From Candidatus Iainarchaeum sp. (GTDB taxonomy: Archaea; Iainarchaeota; Iainarchaeia; Iainarchaeales; DTGL01), in the NCBI GenBank assembly GCA_026413945.1, contig JAOAJX010000002.1, forward strand, positions 1 through 64,000: a stretch of DNA of 64,000 nt, in the 5' to 3' direction. Position 1 is the first letter of the stretch. Every line of letters starts with the position of its first letter. The notes beneath the pieces were generated by a model. That model was not told where the DNA came from, ran no database searches, and saw only the letters and a list, made by a program, of their open reading frames with translations. The translations under genes were made by a program, and so were the position numbers. This document shows positions 9,654 to 19,699 of this stretch, piece by piece.

Positions 9654-10949
9654 ATGGGATTTATCAAAATTCTTGAAGCCATTAAAAAATGCCCACAAAA
9701 GGCAAAGATTCGTGGCTGGATAAAGAGAATGCGCGAGCACAAGGGCAAAATATTCTTTCTTTTGCGCGATGAAACCTCAGAGTTGCAGTGTGTTGCCGAT
9801 TCAGAAAAAACAAACAAAGAGCTTTGGCAGATGTGCCTAAATGCAACAATAGAATCAAGCGTTGAACTTTCTGGTACGCTACGAAGAGATGAAAGAGCAC
9901 CGCACGGCGTTGAGCTCTCAATCGAAGACTTTAAAATAATTGGTCTGGCAGAAAAATTTCCGATACAAAAAGATTTTTCAACAGAATTTCTTCTTGATGT
10001 GAGGCATTTATGGTTAAGAAGCGCAAAGATGAGGGATGCACTAAAAGTAAGAGACACTGTATTTAGAGCATTTAGAGAATTTATGAGGAAAGAATTAAAT
10101 GCTTACGAAACTCAAGGCGCAATGTTTGTTTCTGGAATGGTTGAAGGCGGCTCAACCCTTTTTGAAGTGCCTTATTTCGGAAAGAAAATTTATCTTACGC
10201 AAAGCTCGCAATTTTACCTTGAAGCTGTGATGTATTCCTTAGGCAATGTTTATACCATAGCCCCAAGCTTTCGTGCTGAGAAAAGCAAAACAACAAGGCA
10301 TCTTACAGAATTCTGGCATGCTGAGGGCGAATTTCCATGGATTGGTCTAAAAGAGTTGTTGGATATTGAAGAGAATATGATAAAATATATGGTTCGCGCT
10401 GTTCTTGAGCAGAACGAAATAGAACTCAAAGCATTAGGCAGAGAGCCTAAAACACTTGAACCTAGCGCTTATAAAAAATATGATCGTATGCGTTATGAGG
10501 AAGTGCTCAAAATCGTGCAAAAAAGGTTTCCATATTTAAAAGGAGCTACAGACTTCGGGGAAAAGGAGGAACGCGAAATTACTAAAGAGAGGAAAGTCCC
10601 ATTGCTTGTGACCCACTATCCTAAGGAGCTCAAGCCCTTTTATCACCGACTTGATCCAGAAGACAATAAGCATGTGCTTTGTTGCGATGTTCTTGCCCCA
10701 GAAGGTTATGGCGAAATAATTGGCTCTGGCGAACGCATCTGGGAACTTAAGGAAATGCTTGAGAGAATGAAAGAAGAAGGCCTTAGCCCAGAGCAATATG
10801 GCTGGTATGTTGACTTGAGGCGCTACGGCTCTGTGCCGCATGCTGGCTTTGGCTTAGGCCTTGACAGATTTACTGCTTGGGTTACAAAAGCACAGCACAT
10901 TAGAGATGTTGTGCCATTTCCAAGAACATTAAATAGATACTATCCTTGA
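9654..10949 (+). CDS. asnS: Asparagine--tRNA ligase
   Basis: OB-fold N-terminus, YLTQSSQFYLE, FRAEKSKTTRHLTEFWHAE, GEIIGSGER, RYGSVPHAGFGLGLDR. Confidence 0.93.
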   Translation: MGFIKILEAIKKCPQKAKIRGWIKRMREHKGKIFFLLRDETSELQCVADSEKTNKELWQMCLNATIESSVELSGTLRRDERAPHGVELSIEDFKIIGLAEKFPIQKDFSTEFLLDVRHLWLRSAKMRDALKVRDTVFRAFREFMRKELNAYETQGAMFVSGMVEGGSTLFEVPYFGKKIYLTQSSQFYLEAVMYSLGNVYTIAPSFRAEKSKTTRHLTEFWHAEGEFPWIGLKELLDIEENMIKYMVRAVLEQNEIELKALGREPKTLEPSAYKKYDRMRYEEVLKIVQKRFPYLKGATDFGEKEEREITKERKVPLLVTHYPKELKPFYHRLDPEDNKHVLCCDVLAPEGYGEIIGSGERIWELKEMLERMKEEGLSPEQYGWYVDLRRYGSVPHAGFGLGLDRFTAWVTKAQHIRDVVPFPRTLNRYYP

Positions 10950-10954
10950 TTGTA

Positions 10955-11029
10955 TGGGCATGGGCAGATTTGAACTGCCGACCTCCCGGTTATCAGCCGG
11001 GTGCTCCAGCCAAGCTAAGCTACATGCCC
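10955..11029 (-). tRNA. tRNA-Ile(GAU)
   Basis: GGGCATG acceptor, CCCGG-CT GAT AA-CCGGG anticodon arm, GGCAG TTCAAAT CTGCC T arm; no encoded CCA. Confidence 0.95.
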
Positions 11030-11213
11030 ACTGCTATTTTACAGAATAAATTTATGCAGAGTATCATTTAAAATGATTATTTTTTGCTTTTTTTGCAAAT
11101 GAGCCAAACATATTTGTTTTTATTAAGATTGGTGAGAGAAAATTATATAAATCGCTGTTTCTTAATTTGTGTTAAGCGAGTTTTGAATCTTAAATTATAT
11201 GTGGGTGATTTGT

Positions 11214-11984
11214 TTGGTTTTAAATATACCAATAGAAGATAATAAAAAATTGAATGTAATAATAGATGCCTTGAAGAAAAGCCCAGAAATCGAACAGTAT
11301 TGGGATTCAGCCAATATGATTGCAGTAAACCGTATGAACATAAATGATCATGGCAAGGTCCATGCTGCAATTGTATCAAATATTGCGCTTCGCCTTCTTA
11401 GGTTGCTCACAGAATCAGGCCTCGAGCCAGCTATGGTAAAAGACCATAAGATGACAAAGCATGATTCAGAAGTTGTTGTTGTTTTGGCTGGCTTGTTGCA
11501 CGATATTGGGCATGCTATTCACAGAGACAAACACGCGGACTTTAGCATTGTGCTCGCATCAGGCATATTAGATAAACTTCTCAGCAAAGCTTACAATTCC
11601 AAAGAAGCTGTCATAGTGAAAAGCGAGATCCTGCATGCCATAATATGCCACCATGTTGATTATACCCCTTTGACGCTTGAAGCTGGCTGCGTAAGGATTG
11701 CTGATGCACTGGATGCTAAAGAAGGCCGCGCAAGAATACCCTTTGAAATGGGTCGCGTTTCAATACATTCTGTCAGTGCAATGGCAATAAAAGATATAAA
11801 AATAAGCAAAGGCAAGAGTGTGCCTGTTTCAATAGAAGTTGTGATGAAAAATTCAGCAGGCATATTCCAGGTTGATGAACTAATAAAAGCAAAGCTTACT
11901 AACTCAGGACTTGAGAAATACATTGAGATTATCGCAAGGATTGAAGGCGAAGAAGAGAAGATCGTAAAGGAATTTAGGCTTTAA
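11214..11984 (+). CDS. HD-domain phosphohydrolase
   Basis: NDHGKVH, LLHDIGH, ICHH, RIADALD; start likely TTG 11214 after GGGTGA SD. Confidence 0.88.
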   Translation: MVLNIPIEDNKKLNVIIDALKKSPEIEQYWDSANMIAVNRMNINDHGKVHAAIVSNIALRLLRLLTESGLEPAMVKDHKMTKHDSEVVVVLAGLLHDIGHAIHRDKHADFSIVLASGILDKLLSKAYNSKEAVIVKSEILHAIICHHVDYTPLTLEAGCVRIADALDAKEGRARIPFEMGRVSIHSVSAMAIKDIKISKGKSVPVSIEVVMKNSAGIFQVDELIKAKLTNSGLEKYIEIIARIEGEEEKIVKEFRL

Positions 11985-12891
11985 TTCCTCTTTGCTTAGA
12001 TCTATGGAGTTTTGAGCTCACATTTTTAGGCCAAAAATCCCCCCGCCGAATTCTTGCAGATACCCTTGTTTTTGCCCATCTGTATCCAGCAGATATTCTA
12101 GTTTTTAGAGGCAGTCCACGACTAGTAGCAATTTTTGCCCTTAATTCAGCTAAAAAAGATCTTCGTCCTATAAGACCTAAAGCACTAAGCTGCATTTTTC
12201 CAGCTTCGAATCTTCTCATTTGATTTTCGTAATCCTTAATGCTAAGAGGTGGTTTAAAATAAACCTTTGCACTAAAAACTTTCATGTATTGCTCCTTTGG
12301 AGTAACTGCCTGTATGTAGGCGTCCTCAATAAGAATATTATCTGGCATCTTCTTTGCAATTTCGAGAGCATGATTTCTGTTTATTCCATATAGAGCCCCA
12401 GAAAGGTGCTTTGGCTTATTTTTAAGCACTCTTTTTCTATATGCCTCATTTATTTGTCGCATGCGTTGATCCTTAGTTTCTCTTACTCCAAACGGAACAG
12501 CGAAGCCGCCAACAAGCAAAATCCAAGGCTTTTCTTTGAAAGCGGCAGCTATTCTTTCAAGAGCATGATGATGCACAACAACATCAGCATCAACAAAAAA
12601 TATTTTGGAAGCTGCTGGGCTCGAGCTATGAACTATTCTTTTCCAAGCTAATGCCTTGCTTTTTTCACTTATTTCTATCAACTTAATTTCAGGGTGTTCT
12701 TTTGAGATCTTTTTTACAATGGCTGCAGTATTATCTGTGCAGCCATTTGCACAAATTATAATTTCTCTTCTATCTGGTGATGTTTTTTTCCACAATGTTT
12801 GCTTAAAAATGTGCTCAAGTGTCTTGGCTATACTTTCCTCTTCGTTATGTGCACATATGCCAATTGAAAGCATTTCAGGAACATTCTCCAT
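11974..12891 (-). CDS. Glycosyltransferase family 2, basic, no TM segment
   Basis: IGICAHNEE, IIICANGCTDNT, FFVDAD, IED; likely start ATG 12891 after GAGGA. Confidence 0.8.
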   Translation of the reverse strand: MENVPEMLSIGICAHNEEESIAKTLEHIFKQTLWKKTSPDRREIIICANGCTDNTAAIVKKISKEHPEIKLIEISEKSKALAWKRIVHSSSPAASKIFFVDADVVVHHHALERIAAAFKEKPWILLVGGFAVPFGVRETKDQRMRQINEAYRKRVLKNKPKHLSGALYGINRNHALEIAKKMPDNILIEDAYIQAVTPKEQYMKVFSAKVYFKPPLSIKDYENQMRRFEAGKMQLSALGLIGRRSFLAELRAKIATSRGLPLKTRISAGYRWAKTRVSARIRRGDFWPKNVSSKLHRSKQRGIKA

Positions 12892-12980
12892 TAAATCCTC
12901 AATGTTATTTTCCTTAATATTCTTTTTGGTAAAATGAATTCTGCAAATGTTTATAAACATTGAAATATTATATTCACTAT

Positions 12981-13838
12981 ATGCTTAAGGTTAAGCCTCT
13001 TAAAGCAGAGCTGCACGCCCATACTTGGTATTCTATGGGTGAAAAAATAAAGGTTGAAGGCATACATAGTCCAGAGCAACTGGTTAGGCATGCAAGCAGA
13101 GTGGGGCTTGATGTGTTGGCAATAACGGATCACAATGTTTTCAATGGCGCTATTGAGGCTGAAAAGGTTGCAAAAAAATATGGCATTGTTGTTATAAAAG
13201 GGGAAGAGATCGAAACTGCTGAGGGCAAGCATGTTATTGGTTTAGGTCTAAGTGAATATATTGCACCAAGAAAGACATTTTGGGAGACACTTGACACAAT
13301 AAGGGAACAAGGTGGCATAGCAATAGCGCCACACCCATTTGATATAGATAACAAAGGCGTTGGAAAGAAAGCATTGGCTTGTGATGCAATAGAAGTTTTT
13401 AACGCTATAAATAAGGACAGATTTTCTAATATCAGGGCAAAGCGCCTCGCAAAAAAGAAAAATGTTCCAATGGTTGCAGGAAGTGACGCACATTGCGTAG
13501 AGATGCTTGGCTATGGTAAAACCGAGATTATATCAGAAGCTGATACTGAATCTGTCCTCAAAGCAATAAAAGATGGAAAAACAAAGGTTATGGGCAAATA
13601 TGTGCCTGTTAGAATTATTAAAGATTGGTCATTAAAAAGAGTAAACTACTCATATATTGCATTGACTCACTATATATATGAGAACTATGGTCTTCCAAAA
13701 AGGTTGATTAGTAAAAAACTACTTCAACTCGCAAGGAAAAGCCCAAAAAAGGCTGATTTTCTTTTCTCTGCAATCGCTTATGCAGGTCTCTTCGGCGCAA
13801 CTATTTACAGCGCCTTCAAAACGCCTTTGCGAAAGTGA
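12981..13838 (+). CDS. PHP-domain metal-dependent phosphoesterase
   Basis: ELHAHT, AITDHN, GEEI, APHPF, IEVFN, AGSDAH. Confidence 0.88.
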   Translation: MLKVKPLKAELHAHTWYSMGEKIKVEGIHSPEQLVRHASRVGLDVLAITDHNVFNGAIEAEKVAKKYGIVVIKGEEIETAEGKHVIGLGLSEYIAPRKTFWETLDTIREQGGIAIAPHPFDIDNKGVGKKALACDAIEVFNAINKDRFSNIRAKRLAKKKNVPMVAGSDAHCVEMLGYGKTEIISEADTESVLKAIKDGKTKVMGKYVPVRIIKDWSLKRVNYSYIALTHYIYENYGLPKRLISKKLLQLARKSPKKADFLFSAIAYAGLFGATIYSAFKTPLRK

Positions 13839-13889
13839 TTTGGCCAAGCAAAAAAATTTTAAACTATATTCTTACTATTCTTTTTGTGT

Positions 13890-13975
13890 AGCCCCGTGGT
13901 GTAGCGGCCAAGCATGCGAGGCTCTGGATCTTTAGGAGTAACCTCGCGACGGGAGTTCAAATCTCTCCGGGGCTA
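13890..13975 (+). tRNA. tRNA-Gln(CUG) with 13-nt intron (13928-13940) at position 37/38
   Basis: Body nearly identical to tRNA-Gln(UUG) at 22289; CGAGG-CT CTG G[ATCTTTAGGAGTA]A-CCTCG; BHB central helix CUCU/GGAG. Confidence 0.92.
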
Positions 13976-13979
13976 TTGC

Positions 13980-14456
13980 TTATTCCTTTCTTATTATCGG
14001 CATACCAGTGCGACGATTTTCGTGAATTTTGTAACCAGTTGGCAGTGGCACAGCCCCCTCCGGAGACCTTGAGAAGAAGTAGAAATTTCCCTTGCGCTGC
14101 AAATAATATATTTCGCCTTTAGAGTTTATGTGAACATATGGCTTCTCAGCCTGTGCTGGCTTTTCAACTGCAGCTTTTATCTGCATCAGCTTGTCGTTCG
14201 TTGCGTTCTCAACATTTTTGGGCTCGGTTTCGAAATCTTTTTGTGTTTGTTCCTCAAGAAGCTTCAATGTGAATTTATATGCTTTTACAAGATCAGAAAG
14301 AGCAAGCTGCCTTTTAATGCTTCTAGATGCTATTTCTTTGAAGTATATGCTCAGTAGTTCACAAGCAACCTTTGAATTGTGTTCTTTGTCTTCATTTGTG
14401 TTTGCAACAAAAATACCCTTTTCGAGCTTCTTTACTTTTACCTGTTTTTTTGCCAT
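13980..14456 (-). CDS. Hypothetical protein with small aromatic/basic C-terminal domain
   Basis: 158-aa ORF with GGTGT SD; C-terminus YVHINSKGEIYYL...LPTGYKIHENRRTGMPIIRK. Confidence 0.7.
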   Translation of the reverse strand: MAKKQVKVKKLEKGIFVANTNEDKEHNSKVACELLSIYFKEIASRSIKRQLALSDLVKAYKFTLKLLEEQTQKDFETEPKNVENATNDKLMQIKAAVEKPAQAEKPYVHINSKGEIYYLQRKGNFYFFSRSPEGAVPLPTGYKIHENRRTGMPIIRKE

Positions 14457-14529
14457 TTAAACACCAAAAAAATAGTGGTGGCATTTTATTTAAAATTTAA
14501 CGGTTTACAGTTAATCTTTTTTATTTTGT

Positions 14530-15333
14530 CTAACCCAGGTTTTCTATACCACAAATTCCTTGTGCGCATTCTGTTATCATATTGTAGAAGCCTTGAATTG
14601 ATGATCCGCCTTCTTTAATATAGAGCCGACCTCCTTTTTCTTCGGCCTTGCAAGAAGCTACCAGTTCAAGCGCTTTCAATAGCGCTGGCCCGGAACAATT
14701 CCATATGTACTTTTCATTTGAGAGCCTTATGAACCTTTCAAAGTCATCACTTATGCTAATCGCGCCTAATTTTTGTAGGTCTATTTGAAATTTCTTTGAT
14801 AGCACAAAAAGATGCTTACTTCCATTTATGTATAAGAATACACCAGCCCTAAGCTCTCTCTTATCGTTAAGGATTGCATTTCTAATAGCATTTTCTCCAG
14901 AAAATGTTGTTACCTTTACTCCTTCTATGCACACAACCATAGAGTCCAAGACAGGCATTTTAAATATATTCTCTATTGAGCCACCATCTGTTGCAAAATT
15001 GTCCAAAATTATTATGTTTGGCTTAAATTCAGCTGTAAGTTCTTTGATCTTTGCAACGAACTCAGCATCACAATTTTCCTTAGAACCACCTTTTTTGCTT
15101 GTAAAAAGCTTTCTATCAAATGACCTATAGTATATGTTTTTCATATCGATTGTTTTTATGCCTGTGGCGCGCACGTTATCTGTAGCAGAGCCAACTATAG
15201 AAAATAATCCTTTCATTGCAGAATTTTTCTCTATCTCTGATATTACATACAATGATGACGATAAACTATTGCTGAAAAGCAAAAGCACCCTTGCTTGACC
15301 TGATGGCAATGCAACTCTTGGCTTGAAGAACAT
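14530..15333 (-). CDS. Degenerate formyltransferase (PurN-like) fold protein
   Basis: RVLLLFS..., IVGSATDNVRATG, FKPNIIILDNF, FSGENAIRNAILN mirror PurN layout, but the NxHPS motif is absent. Confidence 0.55.
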   Translation of the reverse strand: MFFKPRVALPSGQARVLLLFSNSLSSSLYVISEIEKNSAMKGLFSIVGSATDNVRATGIKTIDMKNIYYRSFDRKLFTSKKGGSKENCDAEFVAKIKELTAEFKPNIIILDNFATDGGSIENIFKMPVLDSMVVCIEGVKVTTFSGENAIRNAILNDKRELRAGVFLYINGSKHLFVLSKKFQIDLQKLGAISISDDFERFIRLSNEKYIWNCSGPALLKALELVASCKAEEKGGRLYIKEGGSSIQGFYNMITECAQGICGIENLG

Positions 15334-15386
15334 ACGCAAATAATATGCACTACGGATATAAAAATTTTTTGTCTCAAGCAATTTCT

Positions 15387-16028
15387 ATGCTAAAAAATTT
15401 TTTTTCAAAGCCATTTTTTGAGATTTGGCTTGAGCAAGCCGATGGCGAAATTAAAGATTGGTTTCAAAAAGAAATTTGCTATCTGGAAGAGAATATAAAA
15501 CCAAAAGCAAAAATTTTGGATGTTGGTTGTGGTTTTGGGAGACATATTGAAATATTGGCTAATTCCTCAAAAGAAGTCATTGGCGTTGACATCAACCCAG
15601 CTATGATCCAAAGAGCGAAAAAAACTATCGGCATCCAAAAACGTAAAGCTACTTGTAATGGATGCAAAGAAGCTGGATTTTAAGAATGACTATTTCGATT
15701 ATGTGATTTGCATGGGTAATACTTTTGGTGTTTTTCCAAAAATAAAAAAGCGTGTTTTAAAAGAAATGGTTCGGGTATGTAAAAAAGCGGCAAAGTAATA
15801 ATATCCGTTTATAATGACAAGTCATTAGAGGTTAGGAAGAGATCTTACAAAAGAGTTGGCTTACATATAAATCGGATTAGAAAAGGTATTGTTTATACTA
15901 AAGAGGGTCTGATTTCTGAACATTTCTCAAAATTGCAGCTTAAAAGATTGTTTGACACACTAAAATTGAATAGCAAAATTATAGAGCTAAATGAAATTAG
16001 CTTCCTATGTGAATTACAAAAGCGGTGA
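15387..16028 (+). pseudogene. Class I SAM methyltransferase, two frameshifts
   Basis: ILDVGCGFGRH, GVDINPAM; shift at A7 ~15618-15624 to MDAKKLDFKNDYFDYVICMGNTFG; second shift ~15781-15790 to GKVIISVY...*. Confidence 0.8.
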
Positions 16029-16107
16029 TTCAAAAATCACAAAAAACAAGAAATGATCGCATAGATAACATTTAAATACGCAAAAAACAAACTAAATATG
16101 AGCAGCC

Positions 16108-16752
16108 ATGGTGGAAATGTTTTTTTTGAATAGTAAATTCTTATTAGCCATGTTTCTTCTTATTATTCTTTCTCTTTTTTCATTTGCTCTTTTTTGGCCT
16201 AAGTCTTTTTCATACACCGACTGCGGTAATTGTGAGATGCTTGGAGTAAAGAAAAATATAGAGAGAATTGTTTCAATCCGCAAAAATTTTTTTGGCTACG
16301 AAATCAAAGTTATTGCAAACACTTGTTGTGGAATCAAGTTGGCACCTAAAACCCAGATCTCTAAGGGCATAATAAGACTCCATTTAAATGCACTTGGCAG
16401 TAACTGTCCTATGGGTTGTTTATGTGACAAAGAATTAAAAATCAACATTCCATCCAGCCAAGAGCTTAAGGTTATTGAGTTTTACATTGATGACATCCTT
16501 ATAGACAAAAGAAGCGTTTACGGTGATAAACTGAGCAATGGAGAGGAGTTTTGCGAGCAAATTCCTAGTTACAAGGAAAGGTGCTATACTCGTGTGGCTT
16601 TCATAAAAAAAGATTTAAACTTATGCAACATCAGTGGTAATAAAGAGTGCTTTCTGGAGCTTCAAGAATACTTGCTTTTAAGCTGCCTTTCACAAAAAAT
16701 AAAGAGTTGTAAAGAAATATTCTCAGAAAATTATAAGCAAGAGACAATATAG
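16108..16752 (+). CDS. Hypothetical Cys-rich membrane-anchored exported protein
   Basis: N-terminal hydrophobic helix, many Cys, C-terminal CYTRVA...LCN repeat-like motif. Confidence 0.7.
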   Translation: MVEMFFLNSKFLLAMFLLIILSLFSFALFWPKSFSYTDCGNCEMLGVKKNIERIVSIRKNFFGYEIKVIANTCCGIKLAPKTQISKGIIRLHLNALGSNCPMGCLCDKELKINIPSSQELKVIEFYIDDILIDKRSVYGDKLSNGEEFCEQIPSYKERCYTRVAFIKKDLNLCNISGNKECFLELQEYLLLSCLSQKIKSCKEIFSENYKQETI

Positions 16753-16767
16753 CAATTATAAATGCAA

Positions 16768-16968
16768 CTATTTCAAAGCAAGCCTTATATCCTCAGCAGT
16801 TATTGTCTTTCTTTTTGCATGCTCTGCCAATACTTTTGCCTTTAATGAGATTCTTATGCCTTCTTCTTCAAGTATTTTTGCAAGTTCTACTGCTGCGGAG
16901 TTGCTTACTCTAAGACCACTTCCTTTTCTAATTATTCTATCAACCGCCGCTACTGGAAGTTCAGTCAT
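16768..16968 (-). CDS. Archaeal histone (HMf/HTkB-type)
   Basis: ELPVAAVDRIIRK...RVS...AEHAKRKTITAEDIRLA; GGTGA SD. Confidence 0.95.
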   Translation of the reverse strand: MTELPVAAVDRIIRKGSGLRVSNSAAVELAKILEEEGIRISLKAKVLAEHAKRKTITAEDIRLALK

Positions 16969-17099
16969 AATATCACCAATAAAAGTAAAGTATTAAAGAA
17001 TTTAAAGCTTTCTTTTGCCTTTCTTTTGTTCTTTAATATTTATAAACTGAAAAAAAACTCAGAAATACGTATTTTTTGCTGTTTAAAGCTTTTTGGGCC

Positions 17100-18554
17100 T
17101 TAATATCCCTTTCCAACAAGCAAGATTTTTTCTGTTGGCTTTGTACAGATACAGCAAGAAGAGTTTTTGTGCTCATGCAAAATGCTGCCAGCTGCGTCCA
17201 AACCTTCGTCCATTGAAACTATTTTTTCATAGCATTGAATATTTTCACACCATGGTACTTTAGCAGCACCGCCCTTTTTTATCCATTTAAGCGCATCGAC
17301 TATGTTTTCAAAATACTTTATTTTTTCTTCAGCAAGTCTTTTTGTTTTTTCGTAGAGTTCTTTTGGAATCTCTTCATCAAGAAGTTTTTTCACGAATTTG
17401 CATAGTTGTGCTTTTTCAACTAAAATCCTCTCTTTTGTATCTCTCCTGAAAACAGTGAACTTACCGCAATTGAGTTCTTTTTCTCCAATTTCTATACGCA
17501 GGGGCACACCTTTTATATCCCACACGTAGAATTTTTCTCCAGCACTCTTGTCTTTTCTCGCGTCAACATTTGCAACAACCCCATTTCTTTTAAGCTCATC
17601 AGCAACCTCATTTGCAATTTTTTCTATTTCCGTGGAGTTTTTCTTAAATATTGGTATTATTATAACTTGGATTGGTGCTAGTGCTGGTGGCAACACAAGA
17701 CCTCTTTCATCACCGTGCAAAGCGATTGTTGATACTAAATAACGAGCGCCGTTGCCAGTACATATTTGCCAACAATATTGTTTTTTCCCATTGGCATCTT
17801 CAAACACAAGACCAAATTTTTTCGCATACGCTTGTCCAAGGTTGTTAACTGAGCCGTTCTCAAGTAAGCGACCATCCGGCAAAAGAACGTAAAATTCTAT
17901 TGCTGATTCTGCTCCTGGGAAAAGCTCATACTTGGGCTTTTCAATCTTTATTGTGTAGCAGCACAACAGCTTCCAAATGTTTTCATTTATTTTTATGTGC
18001 TTTTGCATTTCTTCATATGCTTCTTCCCTTGTCTTGTGCGCAGTGTGTATCTCATACCAATAAGTTATCTCACGGTCTCTTATCATTGCATGTGTTTTTT
18101 TGCCCTCTAGCCTAAATGAAGATACAGTTTCATAGATCTTTATAGGAAGCTTGCCGTCTCTAATCCAAAGCTTGAACATAGGGTACATTGCAGGCTCTCC
18201 AGTTGGCCTTATAATAAGTTTTTCTTGTGCATTATCACCCAGAAATGGAACAGCAGCATATAGATTTTTCTTGAAGCCCTCAAACCAAGAGTCATTCTGT
18301 TCGGCATATTTGAGCGGCACAAAAAGCGGAAAGTATGTTTCCTCAATTCCAGCTTCTTCAAAGAGTCTATCCCAAGTACGGACAAGTTTTTTCATTATCT
18401 TGAGGCCATATGGCATCCATACAAAAGTGCCTTTTACACCATAGCGCCTATCTATTACCTCTGCTAGCTCAATGACTTTATTGTACCAATCAATGAAATT
18501 TTTCCTGGACGGCAATCTTTCAGGCAAAATTTCTTTTTTTTCCTTATCTTTCAT
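17100..18554 (-). CDS. proS: Proline--tRNA ligase (archaeal/eukaryotic type)
   Basis: WYNKVI, IRPTGE, ELFPGAE, NLGQAYAKKF, HGDERGLVLPP, KGVPLRIEIG, C-terminal Zn-type Cys. Confidence 0.92.
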   Translation of the reverse strand: MKDKEKKEILPERLPSRKNFIDWYNKVIELAEVIDRRYGVKGTFVWMPYGLKIMKKLVRTWDRLFEEAGIEETYFPLFVPLKYAEQNDSWFEGFKKNLYAAVPFLGDNAQEKLIIRPTGEPAMYPMFKLWIRDGKLPIKIYETVSSFRLEGKKTHAMIRDREITYWYEIHTAHKTREEAYEEMQKHIKINENIWKLLCCYTIKIEKPKYELFPGAESAIEFYVLLPDGRLLENGSVNNLGQAYAKKFGLVFEDANGKKQYCWQICTGNGARYLVSTIALHGDERGLVLPPALAPIQVIIIPIFKKNSTEIEKIANEVADELKRNGVVANVDARKDKSAGEKFYVWDIKGVPLRIEIGEKELNCGKFTVFRRDTKERILVEKAQLCKFVKKLLDEEIPKELYEKTKRLAEEKIKYFENIVDALKWIKKGGAAKVPWCENIQCYEKIVSMDEGLDAAGSILHEHKNSSCCICTKPTEKILLVGKGY

Positions 18555-18558
18555 AAAA

Positions 18559-19689
18559 CTACTTCCTTGTGAGCCACTCTACCTCTTGAAGCATTTTTGA
18601 TTGCCTAGGTTTTTTAAAGTGCTTTCTTGCAGGCTCAAGTATCTCAATTATTTTCTCAGCAACCGCGTTTTTTAGGTCAAGTGGATGCAATTTTTTTTCC
18701 AAGAAATCTTTCTCGAGTAAATCATAGGATTTATAAGTTACATTGCCACCAAATTTAGCGGGCCTCTTAATAATTAGCTCTGCATTTTGCTTTGCAAATA
18801 TTATATTTTTTGCCCAATTGAGTATTGGGTTGTAGCAAACTTCGCCTGCACAGCAGAATGCATTTGAAAGCTTCCTGCGTATTTCTTCTTCAGTATCGTG
18901 TATGAAAATACAACTGTCCGGCTGTGATTTACTCATTTTTAGTTCTGAAAGCATTTCTTTTGCTTTCTCTCTAGGAATCGGCCAAATAGGCGGCTTACAA
19001 AGCCCGGCCAATAGAGGCGTGTGTATTGCAACAGGCTTTATCTTATTGCCATTATTATCAAGCAAAGGCCTGATCTTAAGCTTTAGGGCTACCTCTCTTG
19101 CAATCACATGTGCCTTTCTTTGGTCTATTCCTGCATGAGCTATGTTAATTCCCTGGAAATATATGTCCGCAACCTGCATTGGTGGATATATTAGCTTTGC
19201 GAAATCAATCGCTGAACCTTCTTTTCTACCCATTATCGTTATGCTTCTCATTATTCGCGCAAGCGTACAGTTTTTGCTAACATCAACTACTGTTGCCCAA
19301 TATTCATCATTTTCTTTGTAGAGGTCTGATGCAAGTACAAATTTTACTTTTTTTGGGTCTCCGCCATTGCACTTTATGCCTGCAATTAAACTCTCTTTAA
19401 AGTAGCCCTTAGCAACCTTTATTATTGTTTCCCTATCACCGCCAAGCTTGTCATTTATCCATGTGTGCCAGTCAGCAAGAAAAATAGAAACATCAACATT
19501 GGCTTTAATAAGATCTACAACCTTTGACATTGTTAATAGACCAGTACCAAGGTGTACCCTGCCAGAGATTTCAAAGCCAATGTAGTGCTTAAGTTTCAAA
19601 CCAGCCTCAATATATTGTCTAAGATCTTCGGCAGTTAGAACCTCTTCAGTGTTCCTTGTTATTAGTTCAAAAACTCTTTCTGAATCCAT
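18559..19689 (-). CDS. tyrS: Tyrosine--tRNA ligase
   Basis: YIGFEISGRVHLG, YPPMQVADI, GIDQRKAH, KMSKS, LHPLDLK. Confidence 0.95.
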   Translation of the reverse strand: MDSERVFELITRNTEEVLTAEDLRQYIEAGLKLKHYIGFEISGRVHLGTGLLTMSKVVDLIKANVDVSIFLADWHTWINDKLGGDRETIIKVAKGYFKESLIAGIKCNGGDPKKVKFVLASDLYKENDEYWATVVDVSKNCTLARIMRSITIMGRKEGSAIDFAKLIYPPMQVADIYFQGINIAHAGIDQRKAHVIAREVALKLKIRPLLDNNGNKIKPVAIHTPLLAGLCKPPIWPIPREKAKEMLSELKMSKSQPDSCIFIHDTEEEIRRKLSNAFCCAGEVCYNPILNWAKNIIFAKQNAELIIKRPAKFGGNVTYKSYDLLEKDFLEKKLHPLDLKNAVAEKIIEILEPARKHFKKPRQSKMLQEVEWLTRK

Positions 19690-19699
19690 CTAAATCCTC

